From positions 63,883-127,882 of the forward strand of contig JBBIJY010000001.1 in NCBI GenBank assembly GCA_037445735.1: DNA of 64,000 nucleotides, in the 5' to 3' direction. The translations under genes and the position numbers were made by a program. The notes beneath the pieces were generated by a model. The model was not told where the DNA came from. It worked only from the letters and a program-made list of their open reading frames with translations, and ran no database searches. Position 1 is the stretch's first letter. Each line of letters begins with the position of its first letter. Source of the DNA: Armatimonadota bacterium. Its GTDB lineage: Bacteria; Armatimonadota; Fimbriimonadia; Fimbriimonadales; GBS-DC. This document shows, piece by piece, positions 48,588-58,835 of this stretch.

Positions 48588-50084
48588 ATGAGTCAGCCGC
48601 GCACAGTGGTGATTGGAGCCGGGTTTGGTGGATTGGCGATTGCCGCCCGCCTCTGCGCACGCGGGCATCAGGTGGAGCTGTTCGAAAAGCTCGACAAACC
48701 TGGCGGGCGCGCCTACACCTTCATACAGGACGGCTTCACCTTCGACGGCGGTCCAACCGTCATCACCGCACCGTTCCTGTTCGACGAGCTGTTCGCAATA
48801 GCAGGACGCAGACGCAGCGACTATGTGGAGTTCATTCCCATCAATCCCTTCTACCGAATCTTTGACCATCAGGGCAACTACTTTGAGTATAACGGCGACA
48901 CCGACTATGTACTGACGCAGATTGAGCGGTGGAATCCCGCCGATAAGGAAGGCTATCGGCAACTGCTGGAACGAACGCGCACCCTCTTCCAGAAGGGCTT
49001 CATCGAGCTGGCAGATAAACCCTTTCTGTCGTTCACAGACATGGTGCGCGTCGTGCCCGACCTGATCCGCCTGCAGTCGTACCGTTCTGTTTACAGCTAT
49101 GTGGCACAATTTATCCAGCATGAGTTTCTGCGCCGCTGTTTCACTTTCCATCCGCTTTTGATAGGGGGCAACCCCTTCACCGCTTCTTCGATCTATGCGC
49201 TGATCCACTATCTGGAGCGTGAATGGGGTGTCTGGTACGCTCGTGGCGGCACAGGCGCGCTGGTGCAGGCGCTGGTGCGCCTGATTGAGGAACAGGGCGG
49301 ACATATCCACCTCAACACAGAAGTGGCGGAGATTGTAATTGAGGGTCGGCGAGCGAAGGGCGTGCGCCTCAACGATGGTCGATTCGTGCCCGGCGATTAT
49401 GTGGTCTGTAATGCCGATGTCCCCTATGCCTATATGAACCTGATTGCGCCCCAGCATCGCAGCTGGCGCAACTCCGATTTCCGCTATAAACGGCTGACCC
49501 GCTACAGCATGTCGCTGGTGGTCATCTACTTTGGCACCAATCGTCTTTACCGCGATACACCGCTGGCGCATCACAACATCATGCTGAGCGCGCATTATCG
49601 CGAGTTGATCGAGCAGATTTTTGGCGCGCGCTCCCTGCCGCAGGAGTTTTCGCTCTATCTGCACATGCCGACACTGACCGATCCAGCGCTGGCGCCTGAG
49701 GGGTACGAGGCGTTCTATGTGCTCGCACCTGTGCCCCATCTGGGCGCACCTATCGATTGGGAGCGTGAGGCGCGACCCTACCGCGATGCGATTATGCAGT
49801 TCCTGGAACAGCACTATCTGCCTGACCTGCGTCGGCATATCGTGACGGAACGAATGATCGACCCGCGCTACTTTCGCGATCGGCTCAACACCTATCTGGG
49901 CACTGGGTTCTCGATTCAGCCGCTGCTTCTGCAGTCGGCATGGTTTCGCCCGCACAACCGCTCCGAAGATGTGGACAATCTCTACTTTGTGGGCGCGGGC
50001 ACGCATCCAGGCGCAGGCTTGCCAGGCGTGCTCTGCTCCGCCAAAGCGGTCGATTCGCTCATTTCTGGAGGTTCACTCAAATGA
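48588..50084 (+). CDS. crtI: Phytoene desaturase (CrtI, C40 type)
   Basis: ATG 2 nt after the crtB stop. [19 protein letters not shown]...[23 protein letters not shown]...[21 protein letters not shown]...[14 protein letters not shown] closely parallels my recollection of Pantoea CrtI. Confidence 0.9.
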   Translation: MSQPRTVVIGAGFGGLAIAARLCARGHQVELFEKLDKPGGRAYTFIQDGFTFDGGPTVITAPFLFDELFAIAGRRRSDYVEFIPINPFYRIFDHQGNYFEYNGDTDYVLTQIERWNPADKEGYRQLLERTRTLFQKGFIELADKPFLSFTDMVRVVPDLIRLQSYRSVYSYVAQFIQHEFLRRCFTFHPLLIGGNPFTASSIYALIHYLEREWGVWYARGGTGALVQALVRLIEEQGGHIHLNTEVAEIVIEGRRAKGVRLNDGRFVPGDYVVCNADVPYAYMNLIAPQHRSWRNSDFRYKRLTRYSMSLVVIYFGTNRLYRDTPLAHHNIMLSAHYRELIEQIFGARSLPQEFSLYLHMPTLTDPALAPEGYEAFYVLAPVPHLGAPIDWEREARPYRDAIMQFLEQHYLPDLRRHIVTERMIDPRYFRDRLNTYLGTGFSIQPLLLQSAWFRPHNRSEDVDNLYFVGAGTHPGAGLPGVLCSAKAVDSLISGGSLK

Positions 50085-50539
50085 TTTATGTGCTTCATCG
50101 GGAGCAGATTATCCCGGCACCGCTTGAGCGTGTGTGGGACTACTTCGCAACGCCGCTGAATCTGAACGCGATTACACCGCCCGATCTGCACTTTGAGATT
50201 GTGCGCGGCGGCGAACAGCGCATGTACGCCGGGCAGGTGATTGAATATCGGGTGTCGATAGTGCCCGGCGTGCGGGTGCGCTGGCTTACCCAGATAACCC
50301 ATGTGGAGCCGTTGCGCATGTTTATCGATGAACAGCGCATCGGACCCTACCGACTCTGGATCCATGAGCATCGGTTCGTGCCAGAGGGCGACTCGGTGCG
50401 AATGATTGACCATGTGACCTATGCGCTTCCGTTCGGCGTGATAGGGCGGCTGGCGCATGCACTGTTTGTGCGGCGTCGCCTGGACCACATTTTTGATTTT
50501 CGGCGGCGGAAGGTGGAGGAACTGTTCGGGGGTCAGTAA
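50081..50539 (+). CDS. SRPBCC (START/cyclase-dehydrase-like) family protein
   Basis: ATG overlaps the crtI stop (ATGA at 50081-50084), with GGAGG at 50067-50071. [28 protein letters not shown]... is typical of small SRPBCC proteins. Confidence 0.65.
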   Translation: MIYVLHREQIIPAPLERVWDYFATPLNLNAITPPDLHFEIVRGGEQRMYAGQVIEYRVSIVPGVRVRWLTQITHVEPLRMFIDEQRIGPYRLWIHEHRFVPEGDSVRMIDHVTYALPFGVIGRLAHALFVRRRLDHIFDFRRRKVEELFGGQ

Positions 50540-50555
50540 GGTAGACTTGCATGGG

Positions 50556-52772
<2,217 letters not shown>

Positions 52773-52776
52773 GCGC

Positions 52777-53190
52777 ATGGAGTATCATAAAAGCGGGATG
52801 AAACCGAACGAGTTGCTGGAACGGTTGCAAGCGCCGCCGATACCGCTGCGAATCGATGAGGACGGCGCGCTGCGTGTCGGTGAAACGCGGATCACGCTGG
52901 AAACCGTGCTGATTGGCTTCCAGAATGGCAGCAGCCCAGAAGAGCTGGTGCTGCAGTACCCCGTGCTGAAACTCGAAGATGTCTACACCCTGCTGGCATA
53001 TTACCTGCATAATCGCGCCCTGTTTGACCAGTTTCTGGAATCCATTCGGCACGAGGCGGAAGCGAAGTTCGCCCATTATGAACGGCTCTACCCGACCGCC
53101 GATCTACGCAAACGCCTGCTGGTCAGCGGCGGGGCTGGGCATTATGCTCGCGCTGGAGCGCTTCAAAAATCTGCTCCACCTGCGCGTTGA
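52777..53190 (+). CDS. DUF433 domain-containing protein (antitoxin-like), no partner gene
   Basis: LRIDEDGALRVGETRITLETVLIGFQNGSSPEELVLQYPVLKLEDVYTLLAYYLHN matches the DUF433 pattern. Starts 4 nt after the copA stop; its 3' end overlaps convergent pheT by 68 nt. Confidence 0.6.
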   Translation: MEYHKSGMKPNELLERLQAPPIPLRIDEDGALRVGETRITLETVLIGFQNGSSPEELVLQYPVLKLEDVYTLLAYYLHNRALFDQFLESIRHEAEAKFAHYERLYPTADLRKRLLVSGGAGHYARAGALQKSAPPAR

Positions 53191-55249
53191 CCTCTTCATC
53201 GGTCAGCGTGCGTTCAGGATGGCGGAACACCAGCGCGAAGGCGAGGCTGTGGCAGCCTTCGGGCACCGGCGCGCCCGTGTAGCGGTCAAAAAGTTGCACC
53301 GATTCGAGCCATTCGCCGCCCGCCTGCCAGATGGTGGCAAACAGGCGCGCGGCGGGCACGCTCTGCGCCACAATCACAGCAATATCACGCAGAACGGGCG
53401 GTTGCGTCGGCAGCGGGCGATAGCGCACCTCGTGCGTGGACAACTCGCGCAACGCCTCCAGATCGAACTCGGCAAGGTAAACCCGTCGGCGGAACCCGTA
53501 CTGGCGCTGGAGTTCAGGATGCAGCTCGCCCAGCCGCCCCAGCCACCTGCCACTCGCTTCCACATCCGCCACGCGCCCTGGATGGAAGCGCCGATCCGCC
53601 TGAACTCCCTTGCCCCCCTCACCCGTGGAAGACTCAGAAACCTCCTTGCCCTGCTGGGGCGCGGGATCAAGATATTCCGCCTGAATGCCCAGCATGGTCA
53701 ATAGATGCTCCACCACGCCCTTGAGCGCGTAGAAGTCAGCCTCGCGCGGCTTGCCCGTCCAGTGCGGCGCGTGCAGGGCGCCCGTCATCACGATTCCCAG
53801 CGCGAGCCGCTCCTGATAGCCATCAGAACCCCTGCTGAACACACGCCCGATCTCGAACAGATGCAGGTCGGCAATCCCGTGTCGGCGGTTATGGTCCGCG
53901 GCAAACAGCAGCCCCGATAGAATCGAAGTGCGCAGATAGCGCAGCTCATCGCTCATCGGGTTGAGCAGTTCGACAGGCGGCAGAAGCTGCAGGGGGTTCG
54001 CTGGCTCCAGCGTGTGGCTGACAATCTCCTGCAGACCTGCGCCGAGCAGAATGGTGCGCACGCGCTCGGCGAAGGCGCCTTCCGGGCTATCTTTGCCCTG
54101 CGTGGTCAGCCCTGCAGGCGGCGATTCGGGGATGCGCTCATAGCCCAGAATGCGCCCCAGCTCCTCAATTACATCCTCCTCGCGCTTGAGGTCTTCATAG
54201 CGATAGAACGGAACCTGCAGGGTGAAGACGCCCGCTTCGCGCCCGACAGGTCGCAGGTTCAGTCGGGTCAGAACCGCCTGCGCCTCAGCGGGGTCTATCG
54301 CGAAGCCCAGCAGCTTTTCAGCGCGCGTGATCCGCACAGTCAGCTCGCGCGACGGGTACGGCTTCGGATACACATCCAGCACACCCGCCACCGCCACGAC
54401 ACCCGTCCACTGCTCAATCAGCTCGCACACGCGCACCTGCGCCGCAACCACCAGATTCGGGTCCACGAAACGCTCGAAGCGATAGGACGATTCGGTGCGC
54501 AGCCCCAGCTCGCGGGCGGTGCGCCGAATCGAAAGCGGATTAAAATGCGCCGATTCCATCAGGATATGGCGCGTTTGTGGGGTGACTTCCGTTTCTGCAC
54601 CACCCATGATGCCTGCGACGGCGACGGGGCGCACAGCATCGCAGATCATCAGCATCGGGGGCTTGATGGCGTGTTCGCGCCCATCCAGCGTCTGGATGCG
54701 CTCGCCCTCGCGCGCCTGCCGCACAACGATGCGCCTTTCCTGAAGCGTATCCAGGTCGAACGCATGCAGCGGCTGACCCAGCTCCAGCAGCACATAGTTG
54801 GTGGCGTCGACAATATTGTTGATGGGGCGCATGCCCGCCGCATGGAGACGCTGCTGAACCCTGACGGGCGAAGGCGCGATGCGCACATCCCTGATCACCC
54901 GCGCCGCATAGCGCGGACACAGGTCAGGGTCCAGAATCTCCACCGCTGCATACTGGGGCACCTCGCCAGGGTCGGGCGCAGGCGGGTTCAGAATCAGCGC
55001 GTTAAGCCGTTCAAACAGGGGTGTCGGCTGGCACAAGTCGCCCAGAATCGCGACCACCTCGCGAGCGATGCCAAAAATGCTCAAACAATCGCCCCGATTG
55101 GGCGTGATATAGAGCACCAGCACCTCACCATCGGGCGTGGTGTCGATCTCTTCCACTTCCAGCCCCGCCATCGTCAGCCGTTCGGCTAACGCCGACACGC
55201 TCAGGTCGAACTGCACGAACTCCTTCAGCCACTCAATCGGGACGCGCAT
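53123..55249 (-). CDS. pheT: Phenylalanine--tRNA ligase beta subunit (short form lacking the N-terminal OB-fold tRNA-binding domain)
   Basis: MRVPIEWLKEFV...AERLTMAGLEVEE then directly ITPNRGDCLSIFGIAREV. B3/4 (NYVLLELGQPLHAFD), B5, and the C-terminal FDX-ACB region (RDIAVIV...LFDRYTG). 708 aa. Confidence 0.9.
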   Translation of the reverse strand: MRVPIEWLKEFVQFDLSVSALAERLTMAGLEVEEIDTTPDGEVLVLYITPNRGDCLSIFGIAREVVAILGDLCQPTPLFERLNALILNPPAPDPGEVPQYAAVEILDPDLCPRYAARVIRDVRIAPSPVRVQQRLHAAGMRPINNIVDATNYVLLELGQPLHAFDLDTLQERRIVVRQAREGERIQTLDGREHAIKPPMLMICDAVRPVAVAGIMGGAETEVTPQTRHILMESAHFNPLSIRRTARELGLRTESSYRFERFVDPNLVVAAQVRVCELIEQWTGVVAVAGVLDVYPKPYPSRELTVRITRAEKLLGFAIDPAEAQAVLTRLNLRPVGREAGVFTLQVPFYRYEDLKREEDVIEELGRILGYERIPESPPAGLTTQGKDSPEGAFAERVRTILLGAGLQEIVSHTLEPANPLQLLPPVELLNPMSDELRYLRTSILSGLLFAADHNRRHGIADLHLFEIGRVFSRGSDGYQERLALGIVMTGALHAPHWTGKPREADFYALKGVVEHLLTMLGIQAEYLDPAPQQGKEVSESSTGEGGKGVQADRRFHPGRVADVEASGRWLGRLGELHPELQRQYGFRRRVYLAEFDLEALRELSTHEVRYRPLPTQPPVLRDIAVIVAQSVPAARLFATIWQAGGEWLESVQLFDRYTGAPVPEGCHSLAFALVFRHPERTLTDEEVNAQVEQIFEALQREHNAQPRR

Positions 55250-55261
55250 GGCAGGCTCCTC

Positions 55262-56269
55262 TCAGCCCAGAAGCGGGAACTGCGTCAGGAAGCGCAGGTC
55301 GTTCTCCAGGAACAGGCGCAGGTCGTCGATGCCGTACTGCAGCATCGGGATGCGCTCGATGCCCAGCCCGAAGGCGAAGCCCGAATAGCGTTCCGGGTCG
55401 ATGCCATACTGCTCCAGAATGCTGGGATGGATCAGCCCTGCGCCGCCCAGCTCCAGCCAGCCACCTTTCCACGAAATGGCGAAATCGACGCCCGGCTCCA
55501 CGAAGGGGAAATAGTCGGGTCGGAATCGCACGCGCACATCCTGTCCGAACATCGTGCGGGCGAACTGGGTGAGCGTGCCCTTCAGATGCGCCATGCTCAC
55601 GCCCTCGTCCACCATGAAGGCGTCCACCTGATGGAAGGTGTGGGAGTGGGTGGCGTCCACATTTTCGTAGCGGAAGCAGCGCCCGATGATGGCGATTCGC
55701 AGGGGCAGGGCGCGCTCCCCGCGCTGCACCTGTTCGAAGATGCGTCCCTGGATGGCGGTGGTCTGCGTGCGCAGCAGCCAGCCATCGCCCACATGGAAGG
55801 AGTTCTGCTCATCCATCGCGGGGTGGTCTTCGGGGTAGTTGAGTGCGCCGAAGTTGTAGCGGAAATGCTCCAGTTCGGGACCCTCGACGAACTCGAAGCC
55901 CAGCCCAATGAGGGCGGCTTTGACGCGGCGCATGGTGAGCGTGAGCGGGTGCAGGCGCGCGGGGCGGATGGGGATGCCGGGCAGGGTGATGTCGATGCGC
56001 TCGGCTTGCAGGCGTTGCTCCAGTTCGGTTCGGGTCAGCACGGCTCGCCGCGCATCAAGCCACTGTTCGATCTGCTCGCGGGCGCGATTGACTGCCTGTC
56101 CGAAGGCGGGGCGCTGGTCGGGTGGCAGGCTTCCGATCTGGCGCAGGAGCGTGCCGAGCGCGCCTTTTTTGCCGAGATAGCGCAACTCCACCGCGTCCAG
56201 TTCAGCGGTGGAGCTGCATCGCTCGATCTCTGCCTGCGCCTGAGCCAGAAGCTGCTGGATGGTGTCCAT
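55262..56269 (-). CDS. pheS: Phenylalanine--tRNA ligase alpha subunit
   Basis: N-terminal coiled coil, then class II motifs (FRYENVDATHSHTFHQVD, GAGLIHPSIL, GFAFGLGIERI). Confidence 0.95.
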   Translation of the reverse strand: MDTIQQLLAQAQAEIERCSSTAELDAVELRYLGKKGALGTLLRQIGSLPPDQRPAFGQAVNRAREQIEQWLDARRAVLTRTELEQRLQAERIDITLPGIPIRPARLHPLTLTMRRVKAALIGLGFEFVEGPELEHFRYNFGALNYPEDHPAMDEQNSFHVGDGWLLRTQTTAIQGRIFEQVQRGERALPLRIAIIGRCFRYENVDATHSHTFHQVDAFMVDEGVSMAHLKGTLTQFARTMFGQDVRVRFRPDYFPFVEPGVDFAISWKGGWLELGGAGLIHPSILEQYGIDPERYSGFAFGLGIERIPMLQYGIDDLRLFLENDLRFLTQFPLLG

Positions 56270-56290
56270 AAAGCGTCGGGAGGCGGGGCT

Positions 56291-56641
56291 TCAGGATGAG
56301 CCCCGCACGCTTTGCACCAGCATGGTGAAGGCGTCGGGGTCGCGCACCGCCATCTCCGCCAGCATCTTGCGGTTGACCGCGACGCCGCGCTCCGCCAGCG
56401 CGTGGATGAACTCGTGATAGCGGATGCCCTGCGCACGGCAGGCAGCACTGATTCGCGTGATCCATAGCCGCCGCAGGTCACGCTTGCGCTGACGGCGGTC
56501 GCGATACGCATAGAGCAGCGACTTCATCACCTGCTCATGCGCCTTGCGGAACAGCTTCCGCTTCGCGCTGTAGTAGCCTTTCGCCAGTCGCAGTATCTTT
56601 TTATGTCTTCGCCGGGTGACGGTTCCACCTTTGACACGCAT
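56291..56641 (-). CDS. rplT: 50S ribosomal protein L20
   Basis: Internal ATG preceded by GGAGG (rc of 56650-56654). [32 protein letters not shown]... Confidence 0.95.
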   Translation of the reverse strand: MRVKGGTVTRRRHKKILRLAKGYYSAKRKLFRKAHEQVMKSLLYAYRDRRQRKRDLRRLWITRISAACRAQGIRYHEFIHALAERGVAVNRKMLAEMAVRDPDAFTMLVQSVRGSS

Positions 56642-56696
56642 CGTGATAGCCTCCTCAGGCGTGGAGCTCGGGCGCAGGATGCGCCCGCTCCTGCGT

Positions 56697-56894
56697 TCAG
56701 CGTCCTGCCAGCAAGCGGTTAACGCGCCGATACTCGCCCTTGAAGAGTTCATCTTCGAGGTCGAGTCGGCGTTTGCGCGCGGGCGATTTACTGAGGAACA
56801 GGTGACTGTTCCCGGCTTTCTTGTGCATCAGTTTGCCCGTCGCTGTGCGTTTGAACCGCTTGGCGGCGGTCTTGCTCGTCTTCATCTTTGGCAT
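56697..56894 (-). CDS. rpmI: 50S ribosomal protein L35
   Basis: [28 protein letters not shown]..., 65 aa. RBS GGAGGAG lies upstream. Confidence 0.9.
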   Translation of the reverse strand: MPKMKTSKTAAKRFKRTATGKLMHKKAGNSHLFLSKSPARKRRLDLEDELFKGEYRRVNRLLAGR

Positions 56895-57456
56895 GCTGGG
56901 TATCTCCTCCTGCTTGCACGGTTGGGACGGTTTCGGTGCGGGCAGGTTTCCTGTGCGGTGCCAGCACCATCACCATCTGGCGTCCCTCCATCGTCGGCGG
57001 TCGCTCGATGAAGCCATCGTCCCGCAGGGCATCGGCGACCTTTTTGAGCAGCGTTTCGCCCATCTGCGGTCGCCCGATCTCCCGACTGCGGAAGATGACA
57101 ATAAATTTTACCTTATCGCCATCCTGCAGGAACTCGCGCGCGTTGCGCGTTTTGGTTTCGATGTCGTGTGCGCCCGTGCTGGGACGCAGGCGAATGGTCT
57201 TGACATCCGCCTGTTTGTGCTTGCGCTTCGACTCTTTGGCGAGTTTTTCCTGCTCGTAGCGATAGCGCCCGTAGTCGAGGATTCGGCACACGGGCGGGTT
57301 CGCGTTCGGCGCAACTTCCACCAGGTCGAGACCGCGCTCCTGCGCGATTTTGAGGGCGCGGCGAATGTGCATCACTCCGATCTGCTTCCCGTTCTCGTCA
57401 ATAACGCGCACCTCTCTGGCGCGGATCCGATTGTTGACCCTCAGTTCCTTCTGGAT
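56788..57456 (-). CDS. infC: Translation initiation factor IF-3, probable non-canonical AUC start; 3' tail overlaps rpmI
   Basis: The ORF-track GTG (57411) would remove the conserved N-terminal ..[18 protein letters not shown].. segment. That frame is open upstream to a TAA at 57475-57477 and contains no ATG/GTG/TTG. ATC at 57454-57456 follows GAGGGTGAG by 6 nt. There is no in-frame stop until 56788. Confidence 0.8.
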   Translation of the reverse strand: MQKELRVNNRIRAREVRVIDENGKQIGVMHIRRALKIAQERGLDLVEVAPNANPPVCRILDYGRYRYEQEKLAKESKRKHKQADVKTIRLRPSTGAHDIETKTRNAREFLQDGDKVKFIVIFRSREIGRPQMGETLLKKVADALRDDGFIERPPTMEGRQMVMVLAPHRKPARTETVPTVQAGGDTQHAKDEDEQDRRQAVQTHSDGQTDAQESREQSPVPQ

Positions 57457-57500
57457 AGCTGGCTCACCCTCGCTTTATGTCTGGTTTGCATGTGCCCTGC

Positions 57501-57529
57501 ATTATACCATGCCTGACCTGCTTTGTCAA
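57501..57529 (-). promoter_or_regulatory. Consensus sigma-70 promoter of the infC-rpmI-rplT operon (TTGACA-N17-TATAAT with TG extension)
   Basis: Minus strand reads cTTGACAaagcaggtcaggcaTGgTATAATgc. -35 is the reverse complement of 57524-57529, -10 is the reverse complement of 57501-57506, with an exact 17-nt spacer. It lies ~45 nt upstream of the ATC start. Confidence 0.7.
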
Positions 57530-58794
57530 GTGGGTGGTTGCATGGTTGCCTGCCATGCATGCAACGCGCGCAGGGTGGCAGGAGGCAGGGCGTTCGCCGA
57601 GACCTGCACGCCCACCACGAACGGCTTGCTCATGGCGAGCGTGGACACCTGCTGCAGCCACTCCAGCAGCGGTTGCTCACCACTGGACGCCCGCCAGAAG
57701 GGATTCGCAGCAGCGGGCAGATTCAGCGTCAGATGCAGCGGCTTGCCCAGATCACCGTAATGCTCCAGCAGGCTGTCCAGATCGAGCAGGTCGAAGTCGT
57801 GCTCGTAGAGATGGAGATGGACACCCTCAAACGGCACGCCCCACTCCACACAGGCATGCAGCAGCTGGAACGCCGTGTGGCGATGATGCAGACTGTAGTG
57901 GGCGCCGAGCAGGCGCACGATGCCGAAATCGACCGCTCGCGCCGCCTCACACAGCACGCCAATCAACCTGACCTGCTCGCGCTCATTGCTCCCGATAGGG
58001 TTCAGGCTAAACGGCAGGTCGGACAGAACCTCCCAGTAGCGGATTCGCCCGCGATAGAGTCGGATGGCGTCGCAGAGACGCTGGAGGAGCGTGTCATGCA
58101 GGGGCTGGGGCAGCTGGGCTGCCTGCCGGATGAAGGCGGCGTCCAGCACCGATTCGCCGCGCACGAGCCGTCGCTCCTGCTGGGCTTGCTGAACCAGTGG
58201 TTCCCAGCGTTCGAGCGCAGGCTGGGTCATGCGGAGGCTGAGCTGGTTGAAGGGCGGATGAAGCGCCTGCATTATGGACAGGTCTGGCTCGTTGATGGCG
58301 GTGCCCCACACGAACAGTTCGCGCCCGCCCATGCGCTGGAGGCGCGTGCGTGCCACCGCAAGCGCAGCCTGCTCGCCTGCCTGCAGGCTCTTCTGCAGGC
58401 TCTGCAATAACGGCTCGCGTCCCGAATCGTCAGGCAGGAGCATCTGTGCCTGAATGCTCTCCAGCGGCACACCCTTGCGCTGATACTGTCTGATGAAGCT
58501 CAGACTGCGTTGGTAGCGGCTGCGAGCCAGCTCGCGCTCCAGCACAATCTCGCGCGTCTGCGAGCCGTAGCCCCTGCCGTTCGACCAGAGATAGAGGCAG
58601 CCGTAATTGGGCACCTCGAGCGGATAGGCAACGCCGAACGGCTCGCCCGGATAGGGAAGGCAAACCGCTCCCGTACAGAACTCACCCGCCTGAATGGGGA
58701 GCGGCTCGCGCCGAATGTCGGTCAGCCGCAGGAGCGAGGCGTCCAGCGCTGCGTCCATCAATCGGATACGAATCGGTTCCGCCACAGCCCTCAC
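57526..58794 (-). CDS. Hypothetical protein (possibly TIM-barrel glycoside-hydrolase-like)
   Basis: ORF 57526..58794, 422 aa, no overlapping better candidate. The fold guess is weak. Its stop lies within the infC promoter -35 box. Confidence 0.5.
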   Translation of the reverse strand: MRAVAEPIRIRLMDAALDASLLRLTDIRREPLPIQAGEFCTGAVCLPYPGEPFGVAYPLEVPNYGCLYLWSNGRGYGSQTREIVLERELARSRYQRSLSFIRQYQRKGVPLESIQAQMLLPDDSGREPLLQSLQKSLQAGEQAALAVARTRLQRMGGRELFVWGTAINEPDLSIMQALHPPFNQLSLRMTQPALERWEPLVQQAQQERRLVRGESVLDAAFIRQAAQLPQPLHDTLLQRLCDAIRLYRGRIRYWEVLSDLPFSLNPIGSNEREQVRLIGVLCEAARAVDFGIVRLLGAHYSLHHRHTAFQLLHACVEWGVPFEGVHLHLYEHDFDLLDLDSLLEHYGDLGKPLHLTLNLPAAANPFWRASSGEQPLLEWLQQVSTLAMSKPFVVGVQVSANALPPATLRALHAWQATMQPPT

Positions 58795-58835
58795 CAGATA
58801 TTATCGGTATCGGTGCAACCGATTTTGAGGACTTT

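Noticed and set aside
48483-50006. 507-aa ORF on the minus strand
   Set aside because: Antisense to crtI, whose translation matches phytoene desaturase along its full length.
56788-57411. GTG at 57411 as the infC start (ORF-track start)
   Set aside because: It would delete the conserved N-terminal [10 protein letters not shown] segment, which is encoded in frame immediately upstream.
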